A stretch of 25,568 nt of DNA from Candidatus Hadarchaeales archaeon (GCA_038872135.1 JAVZGN010000014.1:1-25568), one strand, 5' to 3'. Counted from the stretch's first letter, positions 9,871 to 18,978 are shown. Notes: generated from the sequence alone by a model not told the origin. Program-made: numbers and translations.

Positions 9871-11799
9871 CTACCTCGCTGTTTTTGGGATCCTTGAAAT
9901 ATGCCTCCAGATTACCACCAAGATAACTATGAGAAAAACGACAATTGCGCCAACGACTATGTAGAGTGATGGAAACAGTCCGGTGGGTTGAGTTGGAAGA
10001 GCTGACACCGCAAATAGTGAGAAACTTGGAAGTTCCGCACTGAAGTACAGATAGTTCTCATCCTCCTCGGATTTCTCCGTTTTCAATTCCTGCCAACCAT
10101 TTGAATAGCGGAGAAGTTTTACTGTGCTCGGATCCGCATCTTGAGCCGCTATCCAGAGTTTTGAAACCTTGAACTCTATGCTTGCACCCGCAACGCCGGC
10201 CGAGGTTGGCTCATCTACTGTGAAATAATAATGAATTCTTCTCTCGCGCGGTGCTTCAACCTCCGAAGGTCTCTCTGGTAGAACCCGCACGACAACTCGG
10301 GGCGATTGAGCCACCGATGCAAATGACACTTTCACCCTTCTTATTTCATATGTCTCCTGAAAGTTTATCGTCGCTTTTGTTGCACTCTCCACAAACACAT
10401 TTTTAACATAGTTATTTTCAATTGAAATCGTTTGCCCAACCTTATCTTGGATGTCTTGAATGGTAACGGCCGCCGGGAGTATTGGATAACGAATGACGGT
10501 GCCATGTTCGCCTCGAATGAGAGATGAAATAGCGTCCACGGCATTCTTTCTCCGCCAGACCCACCCGCCATCTAAACTTTCATGCCCTGGGGGAAGTCCT
10601 TCAACCTGCGTGTTCGGCGGAACCTTGATTGTGAATGTGACATCTACTCGATCGGACGCTTGAACAGAGAAACTCGGGACCCTATCCCTCAAAGCTCCAA
10701 AGTTGATCACAACCTCATTATCACTTCTCATCACTACCCCGAGAGGATCTGATTTCAGTTGGAATTCCAACTCCAAGGATGCTTGGACGGAACCGCCATT
10801 CAAGTTAATCTGCATTACCGCAGAGTTCGACGCCGACGCTGCTTTCAAAAATGCGTTTAAATACGAAGTTTCCGTGAAATTTTGGAACCCAGACGGGAAT
10901 GATCCAGAGCCATTTGTCGTCAAATAAAATGGAAGTTCTTTAATCACAGAGGCGTCTATCTTTGCACTCTGAATTTCAATTTCTCCAGCGAATGTCAATT
11001 TTGAGGCCCCGCTATCAAAATCAAGCCGAGAAATGTTTAGACTCGTGACATCTATATTTAGTCTCGATTCTAGCGTGTCGATGATTCTCTGATTATAGGT
11101 CTGCGGCGAGAGTTTGTATGTGAATATTGCTGTGGAGACCATTTGCTTCTGCTCTGCGGTTAGAGGGATAGCTACCCAGCCGGAGGCGGTCAATCGGAGT
11201 TTCCCGATCTCCGATGAGCTCGCTGTTATAGTTACATCCCATCCGATAGATGTGGGGCTACTGGAACTCTGCGGTTGCGCCGCCTCTTTAAAAAGCGGGT
11301 TTTTCCCTGCTCCCTTCATGACAAGCCTACATCTTCCCGCCCCAGTAAACTCCAGCAAAGCCTCAAGAAAGACATTTTCTGGAATTGTTATCTGCTCTAA
11401 ATTAAGATACTGTTGGGAAGGTACCGCTTGGGTGGACGTTGTTTTTGTCACGACAACACTTGTACTGGCGCTATTGCCTTGAGCATCGACCGCTTGGATC
11501 GTGATCAGGTTCGTGCCATCTTTCAATTCTACTGTCGTCAAAAATATTCCATATTCATCTACGGTGACAGTGGTGGTTGAAACGGGAGAACTCACGGTCA
11601 CTCGAAGTTCTGAGGGCAATCCAGAATATCCGGAAACGGCGCCACTAACTTCAATTGAGGAGTCTGAGGTAATGGTACCATCTAGTGGATAGTAAAGCGT
11701 AATTGTGAGTTGCTCCCCCTGCGCTTGGGCAAATGGCGAAACTAATGCCAGGAGCGCCAGCGCACTTATAATTATCCCGGCTATCTTTCCTTTCATCAT
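9871..11799 (-). CDS. Secreted/surface protein with N-terminal Ig-like domain, PGF-pre-PGF-like domain and C-terminal membrane anchor
   Basis: Signal peptide (MMKGKIAGIIISALALLALVSPFAQA); Ig-like VELKDGTNLITIQAVDAQGN; IEFKVSKLWI...VKLLRYSNGWQELKT...YFSAELPSFSLFAV typical of PGF-pre-PGF; C-terminal TM helix plus basic tail. Confidence 0.75.
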   Translation of the reverse strand: MMKGKIAGIIISALALLALVSPFAQAQGEQLTITLYYPLDGTITSDSSIEVSGAVSGYSGLPSELRVTVSSPVSTTTVTVDEYGIFLTTVELKDGTNLITIQAVDAQGNSASTSVVVTKTTSTQAVPSQQYLNLEQITIPENVFLEALLEFTGAGRCRLVMKGAGKNPLFKEAAQPQSSSSPTSIGWDVTITASSSEIGKLRLTASGWVAIPLTAEQKQMVSTAIFTYKLSPQTYNQRIIDTLESRLNIDVTSLNISRLDFDSGASKLTFAGEIEIQSAKIDASVIKELPFYLTTNGSGSFPSGFQNFTETSYLNAFLKAASASNSAVMQINLNGGSVQASLELEFQLKSDPLGVVMRSDNEVVINFGALRDRVPSFSVQASDRVDVTFTIKVPPNTQVEGLPPGHESLDGGWVWRRKNAVDAISSLIRGEHGTVIRYPILPAAVTIQDIQDKVGQTISIENNYVKNVFVESATKATINFQETYEIRRVKVSFASVAQSPRVVVRVLPERPSEVEAPRERRIHYYFTVDEPTSAGVAGASIEFKVSKLWIAAQDADPSTVKLLRYSNGWQELKTEKSEEDENYLYFSAELPSFSLFAVSALPTQPTGLFPSLYIVVGAIVVFLIVILVVIWRHISRIPKTAR

Positions 11800-11819
11800 C
11801 TTCTACTGAATTTTCTGCC

Positions 11820-11827
11820 TATATATA
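11820..11827 (-). promoter_or_regulatory. Putative TATA box for the PGF-pre-PGF protein gene
   Basis: TATATATA 21-28 bp upstream of ATG 11799. Confidence 0.5.
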
Positions 11828-11862
11828 GCCCATTAGAGTGGAGCTATGTAAACCCGCGGCTA

Positions 11863-11952
11863 TGGTCCCGCGGGGGAGATTTGAACTCCCGACATGCCGG
11901 TATCCACACGGGTCTACAGCCGGCCACTCTAACCAGGCTGAGTTACCGCGGG
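11863..11952 (-). tRNA. tRNA-Tyr(GTA) with 12-nt intron at 37/38 (11902-11913) and encoded CCA
   Basis: CCCGCGG TA ACTC AGCCTGGTTA GAGT G GCCGG CTGTAG[ACCCGTGTGGAT]A CCGGC ATGTC GGGAG TTCAAAT CTCCC CCGCGGG A CCA: all four stems pair; C1-G72 and A73 are archaeal Tyr identity elements. Confidence 0.95.
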
Positions 11953-11991
11953 ACCAATAAAAACTTCTACTGGGATTGTTTTAACTTTAAC

Positions 11992-13317
11992 TCAAAGAGC
12001 AGGCAAAAGATTTTTGATTTCCCAGTCGGTCACGCTGGCGCTGTAATTCTCCCACTCCCGCCCCTTTATGTAAAGGAAGTGGCTGAAGAGGTGATCCCCT
12101 AGAGCCTCGCGGATGAGCGAACTCTTTCTCATCTCTTCCAAAGCTTCTCCTAGGTTTCCCGGGAGTGACTCTATCTTAAGAGCGGCTCTTTCCTCTTGAC
12201 TCATGTGAAAGATATCCTTTTCTACAGGCTCGGGCGGCTCTATCTTATCTTCAATTCCCTTCAGCCCCGCTGCCAGCATCACTGTGAACTGCAGGTAGGG
12301 GTTGCCGGCAGGGTCTGGGTTCCTGAGTTCTATTCTCGTTTTCATCCCCCGCCCCGCAGGAACCCTGATGTATGCGCTCCTGTTCCTGTTCGCCCAGGAG
12401 ATATACACGGGTGCCTCATAACCCGGAACAAGCCTCTTGTAGGAATTGACGGTTGAAGCAAGGATCGCACATGTGGCTTTTGCATATTTCAAAAGTCCTC
12501 CAATGAAGTAGAGGGCAGTCTTGCTCAGCTTGTATGGCCCTTTCGGATCATAAAATGCATTTTTTTCCTCCGACATCAGGGACATGTGGGTGTGCATCCC
12601 ACTTCCATTCACTCCATAGATGGGTTTTGGCATGAAAGTGGCGTAAAGTCCATGTTTGTATGCCACCGTCTTTGCCACATATTTCATCATCGCCACCCGA
12701 TCGGCGGAGGTGAGGGCATCGGTGTACTTAAGATCTATCTCATGCTGGCCGGGAGCCACCTCGTGATGGGAGGCTTCAACCTCAAGTCCCATGGCATTCA
12801 GATAATTGACCATCTCCTTCCTGATGTTGTCGCCTCTATCCCTCATCAAGTCGAAATAACCTCCGTGATCTGATGGGATTGTTGTGGGATTTCCCTTCTC
12901 ATCCTGAAACAGGAGAAAGAACTCATACTCTGGAGCGGTGAAATATGTGAAGCCCATCTTTGCGGCTTTTTCAAGCTGCCTCTGGAGGGCCCATCTCGGA
13001 TCTCCCTCAAACCTGTTTCCTTCATGGTCGTAGACATCGCAGACAATCCTCGCCGTTTTGATGTTTTCGTCGAGCCAGGGGAGGATAACAAATGTCTTCG
13101 GGTCGGGCTTCAGTCTCATGTCAGACTCTTCGATTGTTGCATAACCTAGGACAGATGAACCGTCGAAGAAAACTCCATCTTCCAGAGCCTTCTCCAGTCT
13201 TGCCGCTGGAATCGTGACATTTTTAACTGTTCCAATGATATCCATGAACTGCATCTGGATGAATTCAACTTTTTCTTTTTCTGCCACTTCCAAAATTTTA
13301 TCTATTTCTTTTGTCAT
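11992..13317 (-). CDS. glnA: Glutamine synthetase type I (GSI-alpha-like)
   Basis: FDGSS, ESDM.L.PDP, PEYEFF, HHEVAPGQHEI, FMPKP..GVNGSGMH, NSYKRLVPGYEAP, NRSAYIRVP, RIELR.PDP..NPYL; 441 aa. Confidence 0.97.
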   Translation of the reverse strand: MTKEIDKILEVAEKEKVEFIQMQFMDIIGTVKNVTIPAARLEKALEDGVFFDGSSVLGYATIEESDMRLKPDPKTFVILPWLDENIKTARIVCDVYDHEGNRFEGDPRWALQRQLEKAAKMGFTYFTAPEYEFFLLFQDEKGNPTTIPSDHGGYFDLMRDRGDNIRKEMVNYLNAMGLEVEASHHEVAPGQHEIDLKYTDALTSADRVAMMKYVAKTVAYKHGLYATFMPKPIYGVNGSGMHTHMSLMSEEKNAFYDPKGPYKLSKTALYFIGGLLKYAKATCAILASTVNSYKRLVPGYEAPVYISWANRNRSAYIRVPAGRGMKTRIELRNPDPAGNPYLQFTVMLAAGLKGIEDKIEPPEPVEKDIFHMSQEERAALKIESLPGNLGEALEEMRKSSLIREALGDHLFSHFLYIKGREWENYSASVTDWEIKNLLPAL

Positions 13318-13340
13318 ACCTTATAGAAATCTCCCTCTTC

Positions 13341-13348
13341 TTTTTAAA
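13341..13348 (-). promoter_or_regulatory. Putative TATA box for glnA
   Basis: TTTAAAAA about 24 bp upstream of ATG 13317. Confidence 0.45.
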
Positions 13349-13368
13349 TGTGCCGTTAACTCCGCAAC

Positions 13369-15318
13369 TCATCCCACGCCAATAGTGGCTAGGAGAAAAG
13401 TAGTTCCGGTGAAAACCACAGCAGTTGCTATAGAAGATTTCATGACCGAGAGCCAGAACTCAACCCTGTCCCCGGGGGCCCTGATGTGGGCGATGTACCT
13501 AGCAATTATTATTGAAAGAACGATTGCGGTAATTCCCATAACCAGCCTGAGTAGAGCCAGCTCAGTCGCCTCCAGCGCCCCGATGAGAAATGGGAGCCCA
13601 GAAACCCCTGCCTGAGCGGCCTGGGAGAGCATTCTGAACCTCATCCCTGACATAAAATCCATCACCCAGACGGCCATCGCGCAAACCACTGGAATCAGGA
13701 CAACCGCCACCAGCCAGAGATTCCCCATCGCCTCATCAATCCTTTCTCTGAATCTCCTTTCAACCCTCTGAAGTGTCCCCAGAAACTCTGCGGCCATCAT
13801 GCATGCCCTCCCAGCCACTGCCTCGCTGTCCGCTCGGATTCTGGAAATGATTTCTATGAAGCTTTTTATGAGGGGATTTGAGTAATGCCTTTTCTTGCCA
13901 AATATAGCATCCGCCAAACTACACCCGGTTGCCTCCATCTTTCTGCTGGCGCTACGGAGCTCCTCTTCTATCGGAGATCCCTTCATCAGCTCGGCCGCCT
14001 CCTCCATAGCCCTCGCCACAGGCTTTCCATCAAGCATCCTTGAGCCAATTGTGTTCAGGGCATTTGTCCAGTCGACTACCTTTTTTCTCTCCATTTCTCT
14101 CAGCTTCTTTCTCTCAGAGGAGTAGAGATATGCATGCACAACTAGCGCCACGGCTACCCCCCAGACTATCCAAAGGGTCGAAAAACTCATCGCGAGTATC
14201 CCAAGGAGCCCTTCCTTTATCCCGCAAAGGTAAAGAAATCCAGGCCAGGCAACGATACAAAAGAACGCGGCCGGTGGAACCCAGCTTGGGAAAAGCCTAC
14301 CAGCTACCTTCACTTTTCCGGGAGGCGGGAGCCCAGGGGCGTCCCTTGGGAGCTCCGTGGCCTGGATAGTTGCCGGCCTCCGTCCGCCCATGTAAAGAGT
14401 GAAGAGAAGAAAAGCCAAACAGAGGGCAGCGGACATTCCTACGAAGAATTTTATGTCGACCAACTCCATCCCAATAACACTCAGGACCGGGGAGAGACCA
14501 ACGGTCGCTATGATCGCGAGAGATCCAAAGGTGAGAAAGGCAAGGGTTGGCATCACAAGTCCCCCAAGCTTCTTCCCGAGCTGCTCCTCTGCTCCTTCCA
14601 GGACCCTTGTGGGAGCCTTGGAGACATCCATAGCCCTAGACGCTTCATCCCTTGTGCCGGTTGACCGGAGGAGGTCATAGATTGCCTGCCTCACGCTGTC
14701 GTCGATCTTTCCCCACTCGTTGGCTATGATGCTCAAAAGATGCCTGACCGTCTCATACCTCCTCTTCTCATCCAGCTCAAGCAACCCCTTTCTCATGTCC
14801 TCGGCAAGCTTCCCATCGCTTGAATCCGCCGCATAAACAGTAGCCCCCCTGATGTCTGGTCTGTGGTAGAGGGAAAAACTTAGGAGAAAGATGGTATTTA
14901 TGGCTTTGCTCTGCGCCTCACTTTTCCTTGAGCTTGCCCGGGATGATGGATAGATCTGAAAGAGCATCAAGCCGAGGCCACCTAGGAGAAACCCGAGAAT
15001 TGGAAGGTAAAGAAGGCCAAAGAAGTCACCGCCGAAGAGGCTGAGCAGCAACCAGAGGACGAGAAGCGGGATGAGGGGAAGAAAAATAGAGGAGAGCATT
15101 CCCGCCGCCCATTCCTCGGAAGACACTTTTAAACCAGCTTCTTTTAGATCCCTGGCTGTAGAATCGCTCAGCTTATACCCCTTCACCAGAGAGCCAAAAA
15201 TCTTCATGGAAGCTGAACAGAACTTTTCATAAAATTTCCTCTCTCTGGGCCCGAGGGTGGCGACCAGCGCCTGCTCAACATCTTTTGGAATCGGAAATTT
15301 CTCCGGGAGCCGCTTCAC
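13369..15318 (-). CDS. Type IV pilus/T2SS membrane platform protein (TadB/TadC- or FlaJ-like, two T2SSF-like lobes)
   Basis: Multi-TM protein with two cytoplasmic helical regions, each followed by TM pairs; directly downstream of the secretion ATPase. Likely GTG start at 15318 overlapping the ATPase TGA (GTGA); 15333 and 15342 are alternatives. The ORF-track extension to 15495 overlaps the ATPase and is not credible. Confidence 0.7.
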   Translation of the reverse strand: MKRLPEKFPIPKDVEQALVATLGPRERKFYEKFCSASMKIFGSLVKGYKLSDSTARDLKEAGLKVSSEEWAAGMLSSIFLPLIPLLVLWLLLSLFGGDFFGLLYLPILGFLLGGLGLMLFQIYPSSRASSRKSEAQSKAINTIFLLSFSLYHRPDIRGATVYAADSSDGKLAEDMRKGLLELDEKRRYETVRHLLSIIANEWGKIDDSVRQAIYDLLRSTGTRDEASRAMDVSKAPTRVLEGAEEQLGKKLGGLVMPTLAFLTFGSLAIIATVGLSPVLSVIGMELVDIKFFVGMSAALCLAFLLFTLYMGGRRPATIQATELPRDAPGLPPPGKVKVAGRLFPSWVPPAAFFCIVAWPGFLYLCGIKEGLLGILAMSFSTLWIVWGVAVALVVHAYLYSSERKKLREMERKKVVDWTNALNTIGSRMLDGKPVARAMEEAAELMKGSPIEEELRSASRKMEATGCSLADAIFGKKRHYSNPLIKSFIEIISRIRADSEAVAGRACMMAAEFLGTLQRVERRFRERIDEAMGNLWLVAVVLIPVVCAMAVWVMDFMSGMRFRMLSQAAQAGVSGLPFLIGALEATELALLRLVMGITAIVLSIIIARYIAHIRAPGDRVEFWLSVMKSSIATAVVFTGTTFLLATIGVG

Positions 15319-17522
15319 AGCCTTTTCAGCCAAGTTCTCCACTCCCGGAGAGCTCCCAGAAAGTCTGGGCGGTGGCGCTTGACCATGGAGGAGTAAACAT
15401 TGTAAGCTCTGCTCACGAAGGGTAGCTCCAAGAATCCGGCATTGCCAGATTTCCTCGCCAGTGCCAGAAGATCTGATTTCATGAATGCTTCGCAAAGCAT
15501 CGATTCCAAAAGCTCATCTTCATCTATCCCGAGCCTCCTGCAGAGTGCTGGGATGAGTTCGCTCCCGCCCTTTTCCGGTGGCAGAATCTCGACCCCTCTC
15601 AGCGCCCTCTTGGGATCAATTTTTGAGAGATCTCTCCCGTTCAACCGCCCAACAATTTCTTTCTTTCCCCGCAAGAGATTTTTCTGAAGAATTATGTCTC
15701 TCTTCCTGTCATCTACAAACATCTCTACATACTTCGGCTTTCCCTCCCACTCTTTCAAAACCTCTGCAACTTCAACGATCCTTCTGATGGTTCCCCGAGG
15801 AGTCGAAAATCTCGCAGTGCTTATGATGTAATCCACATACTTGAAGGCGGCCTCATGGAGCCCCATTATATGGGTGACTAGGTCAAACATCTCTCTCTTG
15901 CTCCTAGCATGAAAGCTTGCGACCACAGGCTGGGAGCCCTGTCTGGCGGCAGCGCCTAGGGCAGCTCTGACAGCTTCAGCGGCTCTTACCTCTGTGATGA
16001 GCCAGTAGCTTGCCCCACCCCTCAGAAAAGCATTGACCTGCTGCTCGAGATGCTCGGGATTGGCAACCCTAACATTCGCAATCTTGTAGCCTTCAGCGAT
16101 GAAATCCTCGATGTGGAGCTCCTCGGTGTCCTGAAAAGCCACAATCCTGTTCTCCGGCCCGATCTCAGGAATGTAGGTTTCCACTTGTGAGGTTTTGGCC
16201 GTCCCCATCTCCCCTATGACAAATGCACTTGCGCCCAACCTGAGAACTGTGCCAAGAAATGCACTTGCAAGGGGGGTAAGGGTTCCTCTCTCGAGGAAGA
16301 GAGGTTGGGTCCAGGGTTTAGACCTCCGCTTCCTGACGGCTATCTCAACGCTCTTTCTCCAGATGGCCGGGTAGCGGCTGAGAAAGAGCCTCATCCCAAG
16401 CTCCGGGATCTCAGCGTCGAGCTGCGGCCTGACCTCATCAAATGACGTTCCAAGCCTCGAGGCGAGGGTTTCCCCTAGCCCAAGCAGCGAGGGGGTATCC
16501 CACCTTATCCCGGTCTCCATCTTTCCCCACCTTTCATGCTCCACCACCACCGGCTGCAGCTCTGGTGGGGCGGAGATGTAGATGTCTGTGATGAAATCGT
16601 CGTGGCTGAGGGGTTCAAGGACCCGGTAGGTTAGCCAGCCGGCCATCAGGCGGGCCATTTTGTGGAGTTCTACGGCGGATATCCTCTGGCCCTCCTCTTT
16701 CAGCATGTGCAAGATGACATCATACCACTCTTCCGCGAACGATTGCATCCTCTCGCTGTAGGCGAACCTCGCGTGGGGCGGGGCAGTCTCCACCTGCATG
16801 GAAAAAGCCCTGTAGAGGAGGCGGAGGTGCTCCTGGGGAATCTTGAACTCCGGGAGGTCCAGCTCATAGAAAAGGACGGGATTCTCTGGGCGTTCGTAGA
16901 TCCTCACTTTTCCCCGGTCGTCTTTGAGGGGATATTCTTCCACGAGCTTTGATCCAGGAGGAGGCGATATCCACACACCCTCGACAAAAAATGGCTTTTG
17001 AATGGCGGCGAAAGCTTCATCATATTTTCCCGGCTTCAATTTTTTCAGGACCGGGTGGCCGAACATCTTTTCTATCGTCCCGACGAGCTTTCCAAAATTA
17101 TATGCCGTGCACCCCTTACAATCTCCTTTCGCCTCCTTCTGAGCCTTGACTAGAAGTGTGCGGAGATTTTGGAATTCATGAGGGTTGGCGATGAGGTGAT
17201 CCAGCATCTCCGTCAGGGCCCTCATCCTCTCTTCCACGCATTTTTTGCATTTCTTCTCATCACTCCACCCATACATCACCTTGTCGAGAGCAAGCCTCTG
17301 GGCCATGGCGAAGGTCCTTGCGAGATTGGAAATCTCTGGGGAGTCGTAGATTGTTGTGATTGGCGCCGCCAGAACAACCCTTTCAACTTTTTCTTCAACC
17401 TTCAGCTTTTCAAAGACCTCCCTACGACACTCTTCATTTTCAAGCGTGAGAGGATTTTCCCCGCACTCAAAGTATGCTACTCTCAGTGGCCCGGAACTCT
17501 TAATCTCTAAATTCATCCCCAT
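15315..17522 (-). CDS. Type II/IV secretion (VirB11/TadA/FlaI-like) ATPase, divergent motifs
   Basis: LEPLSHDDFITDIYI, FDEVRPQLDA, IAVRKRR..PWT, Walker A-like GEMGTAKTS, Asp box QDTEEL, Walker B-like LITEVRAAEA, His box ASFHA, RRIVEVAEV; N-terminal CxxC pairs. Confidence 0.85.
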   Translation of the reverse strand: MGMNLEIKSSGPLRVAYFECGENPLTLENEECRREVFEKLKVEEKVERVVLAAPITTIYDSPEISNLARTFAMAQRLALDKVMYGWSDEKKCKKCVEERMRALTEMLDHLIANPHEFQNLRTLLVKAQKEAKGDCKGCTAYNFGKLVGTIEKMFGHPVLKKLKPGKYDEAFAAIQKPFFVEGVWISPPPGSKLVEEYPLKDDRGKVRIYERPENPVLFYELDLPEFKIPQEHLRLLYRAFSMQVETAPPHARFAYSERMQSFAEEWYDVILHMLKEEGQRISAVELHKMARLMAGWLTYRVLEPLSHDDFITDIYISAPPELQPVVVEHERWGKMETGIRWDTPSLLGLGETLASRLGTSFDEVRPQLDAEIPELGMRLFLSRYPAIWRKSVEIAVRKRRSKPWTQPLFLERGTLTPLASAFLGTVLRLGASAFVIGEMGTAKTSQVETYIPEIGPENRIVAFQDTEELHIEDFIAEGYKIANVRVANPEHLEQQVNAFLRGGASYWLITEVRAAEAVRAALGAAARQGSQPVVASFHARSKREMFDLVTHIMGLHEAAFKYVDYIISTARFSTPRGTIRRIVEVAEVLKEWEGKPKYVEMFVDDRKRDIILQKNLLRGKKEIVGRLNGRDLSKIDPKRALRGVEILPPEKGGSELIPALCRRLGIDEDELLESMLCEAFMKSDLLALARKSGNAGFLELPFVSRAYNVYSSMVKRHRPDFLGALREWRTWLKRL

Positions 17523-17559
17523 CCACTAGAAATTCGGGCGCCATGTTAAAAGGGAGACC

Positions 17560-18093
17560 CTAGCTCACTATGATGGTTATCTTGTTTTCCCTGACGATTT
17601 CAGTTCCGGTGGCTATTCCCCTGATTGTTATTTCAAATGGCCCCATGGTCGGAAAGTCGTAGTAGACTCTAATGTAAACATCTGAGTAGAATGGTGGATT
17701 TGCCTGAGATGGGATCATCTCAACCTCTAGCCCCGGAGGCTGTGGAGCCCATGAAAGTGAAATCGGGGGAGTGTTGGGAGAGAGGTTCTCAACATAAATT
17801 CTCGTGGAAACCTGAGCACGATCTTCCTCTTCACTGGCCGGTTTTTTCACTGGGATTTCCCTGCCTCCAACGACGATAATTCTGAAATCTGGCTGCCCAC
17901 TGACATTTTCTGACAATTCACCGCCTGGCTGGCCGCCGGCATTTTCTGGCGGGTGCCCACTTGACGGTGTAATGTTCTCTCTGGATGTCTGGACGAAAAA
18001 ATATCCCAGAGCAATGAAAAACACTATCAGAAGCATGGCACCAATCGCATAAACGCCGGTTCTTTTTTCGATGACTTTTGGCGGCTCCTCCAC
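17560..18093 (-). CDS. Hypothetical membrane-anchored protein (N-terminal TM, Pro/Gly linker, small beta-rich Ig-like domain)
   Basis: 177-aa ORF co-oriented with neighbours; hydrophobic VYAIGAMLLIVFFIALGYFFV; C-terminal beta-strand pattern (PPFYSDVYIRV..GPFEITIRG..KITIIVS). Confidence 0.7.
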   Translation of the reverse strand: MEEPPKVIEKRTGVYAIGAMLLIVFFIALGYFFVQTSRENITPSSGHPPENAGGQPGGELSENVSGQPDFRIIVVGGREIPVKKPASEEEDRAQVSTRIYVENLSPNTPPISLSWAPQPPGLEVEMIPSQANPPFYSDVYIRVYYDFPTMGPFEITIRGIATGTEIVRENKITIIVS

Positions 18094-18162
18094 GATTTAT
18101 CATCGCTCCTGGAGCATTTTAACCTTAAACGGTGCTATCTCATGCGCATCCGTGGGGCCCGG

Positions 18163-18978
18163 CTATTGCCTATTTTGCCTAAAACACGCTGCTTCTATTT
18201 TCTTTAAAAATTCTCTGATTTCAGGGAGGGTCGATTCCGGCTTCTCTAGCCTTCTAGAATAAATCTCCGCAATGGAACTCCCGATAATCACCCCATCTGC
18301 CCCAGCAGAAACCAGTGCTCTCACCTGTTCATCCCTTGAAATCCCAAATCCCGCCATTACTGGCTTCTGTGATATTCCCTTTACCCGCTTTATCAGCTCA
18401 ACTGTTGAAGCAGGCAGAACATCCCTCCCCCCGGTAACCCCTTCGACATTAACCACATAGACAAAGCCCGAGGAGCTCTGAACAATTTTTCTCATTCTAT
18501 CCTCAGAAGTTGTCGGAGCAACCAAAAAAATCATGTCCACTCCACTATCCTTCGCTTCCCTCATCATCTCTCCAGCCTCTTCGACTGGGAGATCTGGAAC
18601 AATAATCCCTTGAGCGCCGGCATTTTTGACATCCCTCACAAATTTACCTACCCCATAGGTGAACGGGATATTATAGTAAGTGGTAACGATAATTGGCGCT
18701 TCTACCCCAATTTCCCGCAGTTTCTTTATCCCGTCGAGACACTTTCTTGGCGTTATCCCGGCTTTCAGCGCCCTCTCGCATGCAGAAATAAATGTTGGGC
18801 CGTCAGCTATTGGATCTGAAAAGGGTATCCCTATCTCCAAGATATCTGCCCCGCTTTCCTCCAAGGTCTTGGCGAGCGATATTGAAAACTCCTCAGTAGG
18901 ATCGCCAAAATAGAGGTGGGCCATGATGGCGGCTCTTCCCTCGCCTCTCAGATTTCTGAATACATCGCTAATCTCCAC
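18163..18978 (-). CDS. trpA: Tryptophan synthase alpha subunit
   Basis: LEIGIPFSDPIADGP, YYN, IVPDLP.EE, FLVAPT, GVTG, GFGIS, ADGVIIGS. Confidence 0.97.
   Translation of the reverse strand: MEISDVFRNLRGEGRAAIMAHLYFGDPTEEFSISLAKTLEESGADILEIGIPFSDPIADGPTFISACERALKAGITPRKCLDGIKKLREIGVEAPIIVTTYYNIPFTYGVGKFVRDVKNAGAQGIIVPDLPVEEAGEMMREAKDSGVDMIFLVAPTTSEDRMRKIVQSSSGFVYVVNVEGVTGGRDVLPASTVELIKRVKGISQKPVMAGFGISRDEQVRALVSAGADGVIIGSSIAEIYSRRLEKPESTLPEIREFLKKIEAACFRQNRQ

Noticed and set aside
11881-12102. 73-aa plus-strand ORF
   Set aside because: Antisense to tRNA-Tyr and the glnA 3' end.
13318-13368. NrpR operator (GGAA-N6-TTCC) upstream of glnA
   Set aside because: No match found in the spacer.
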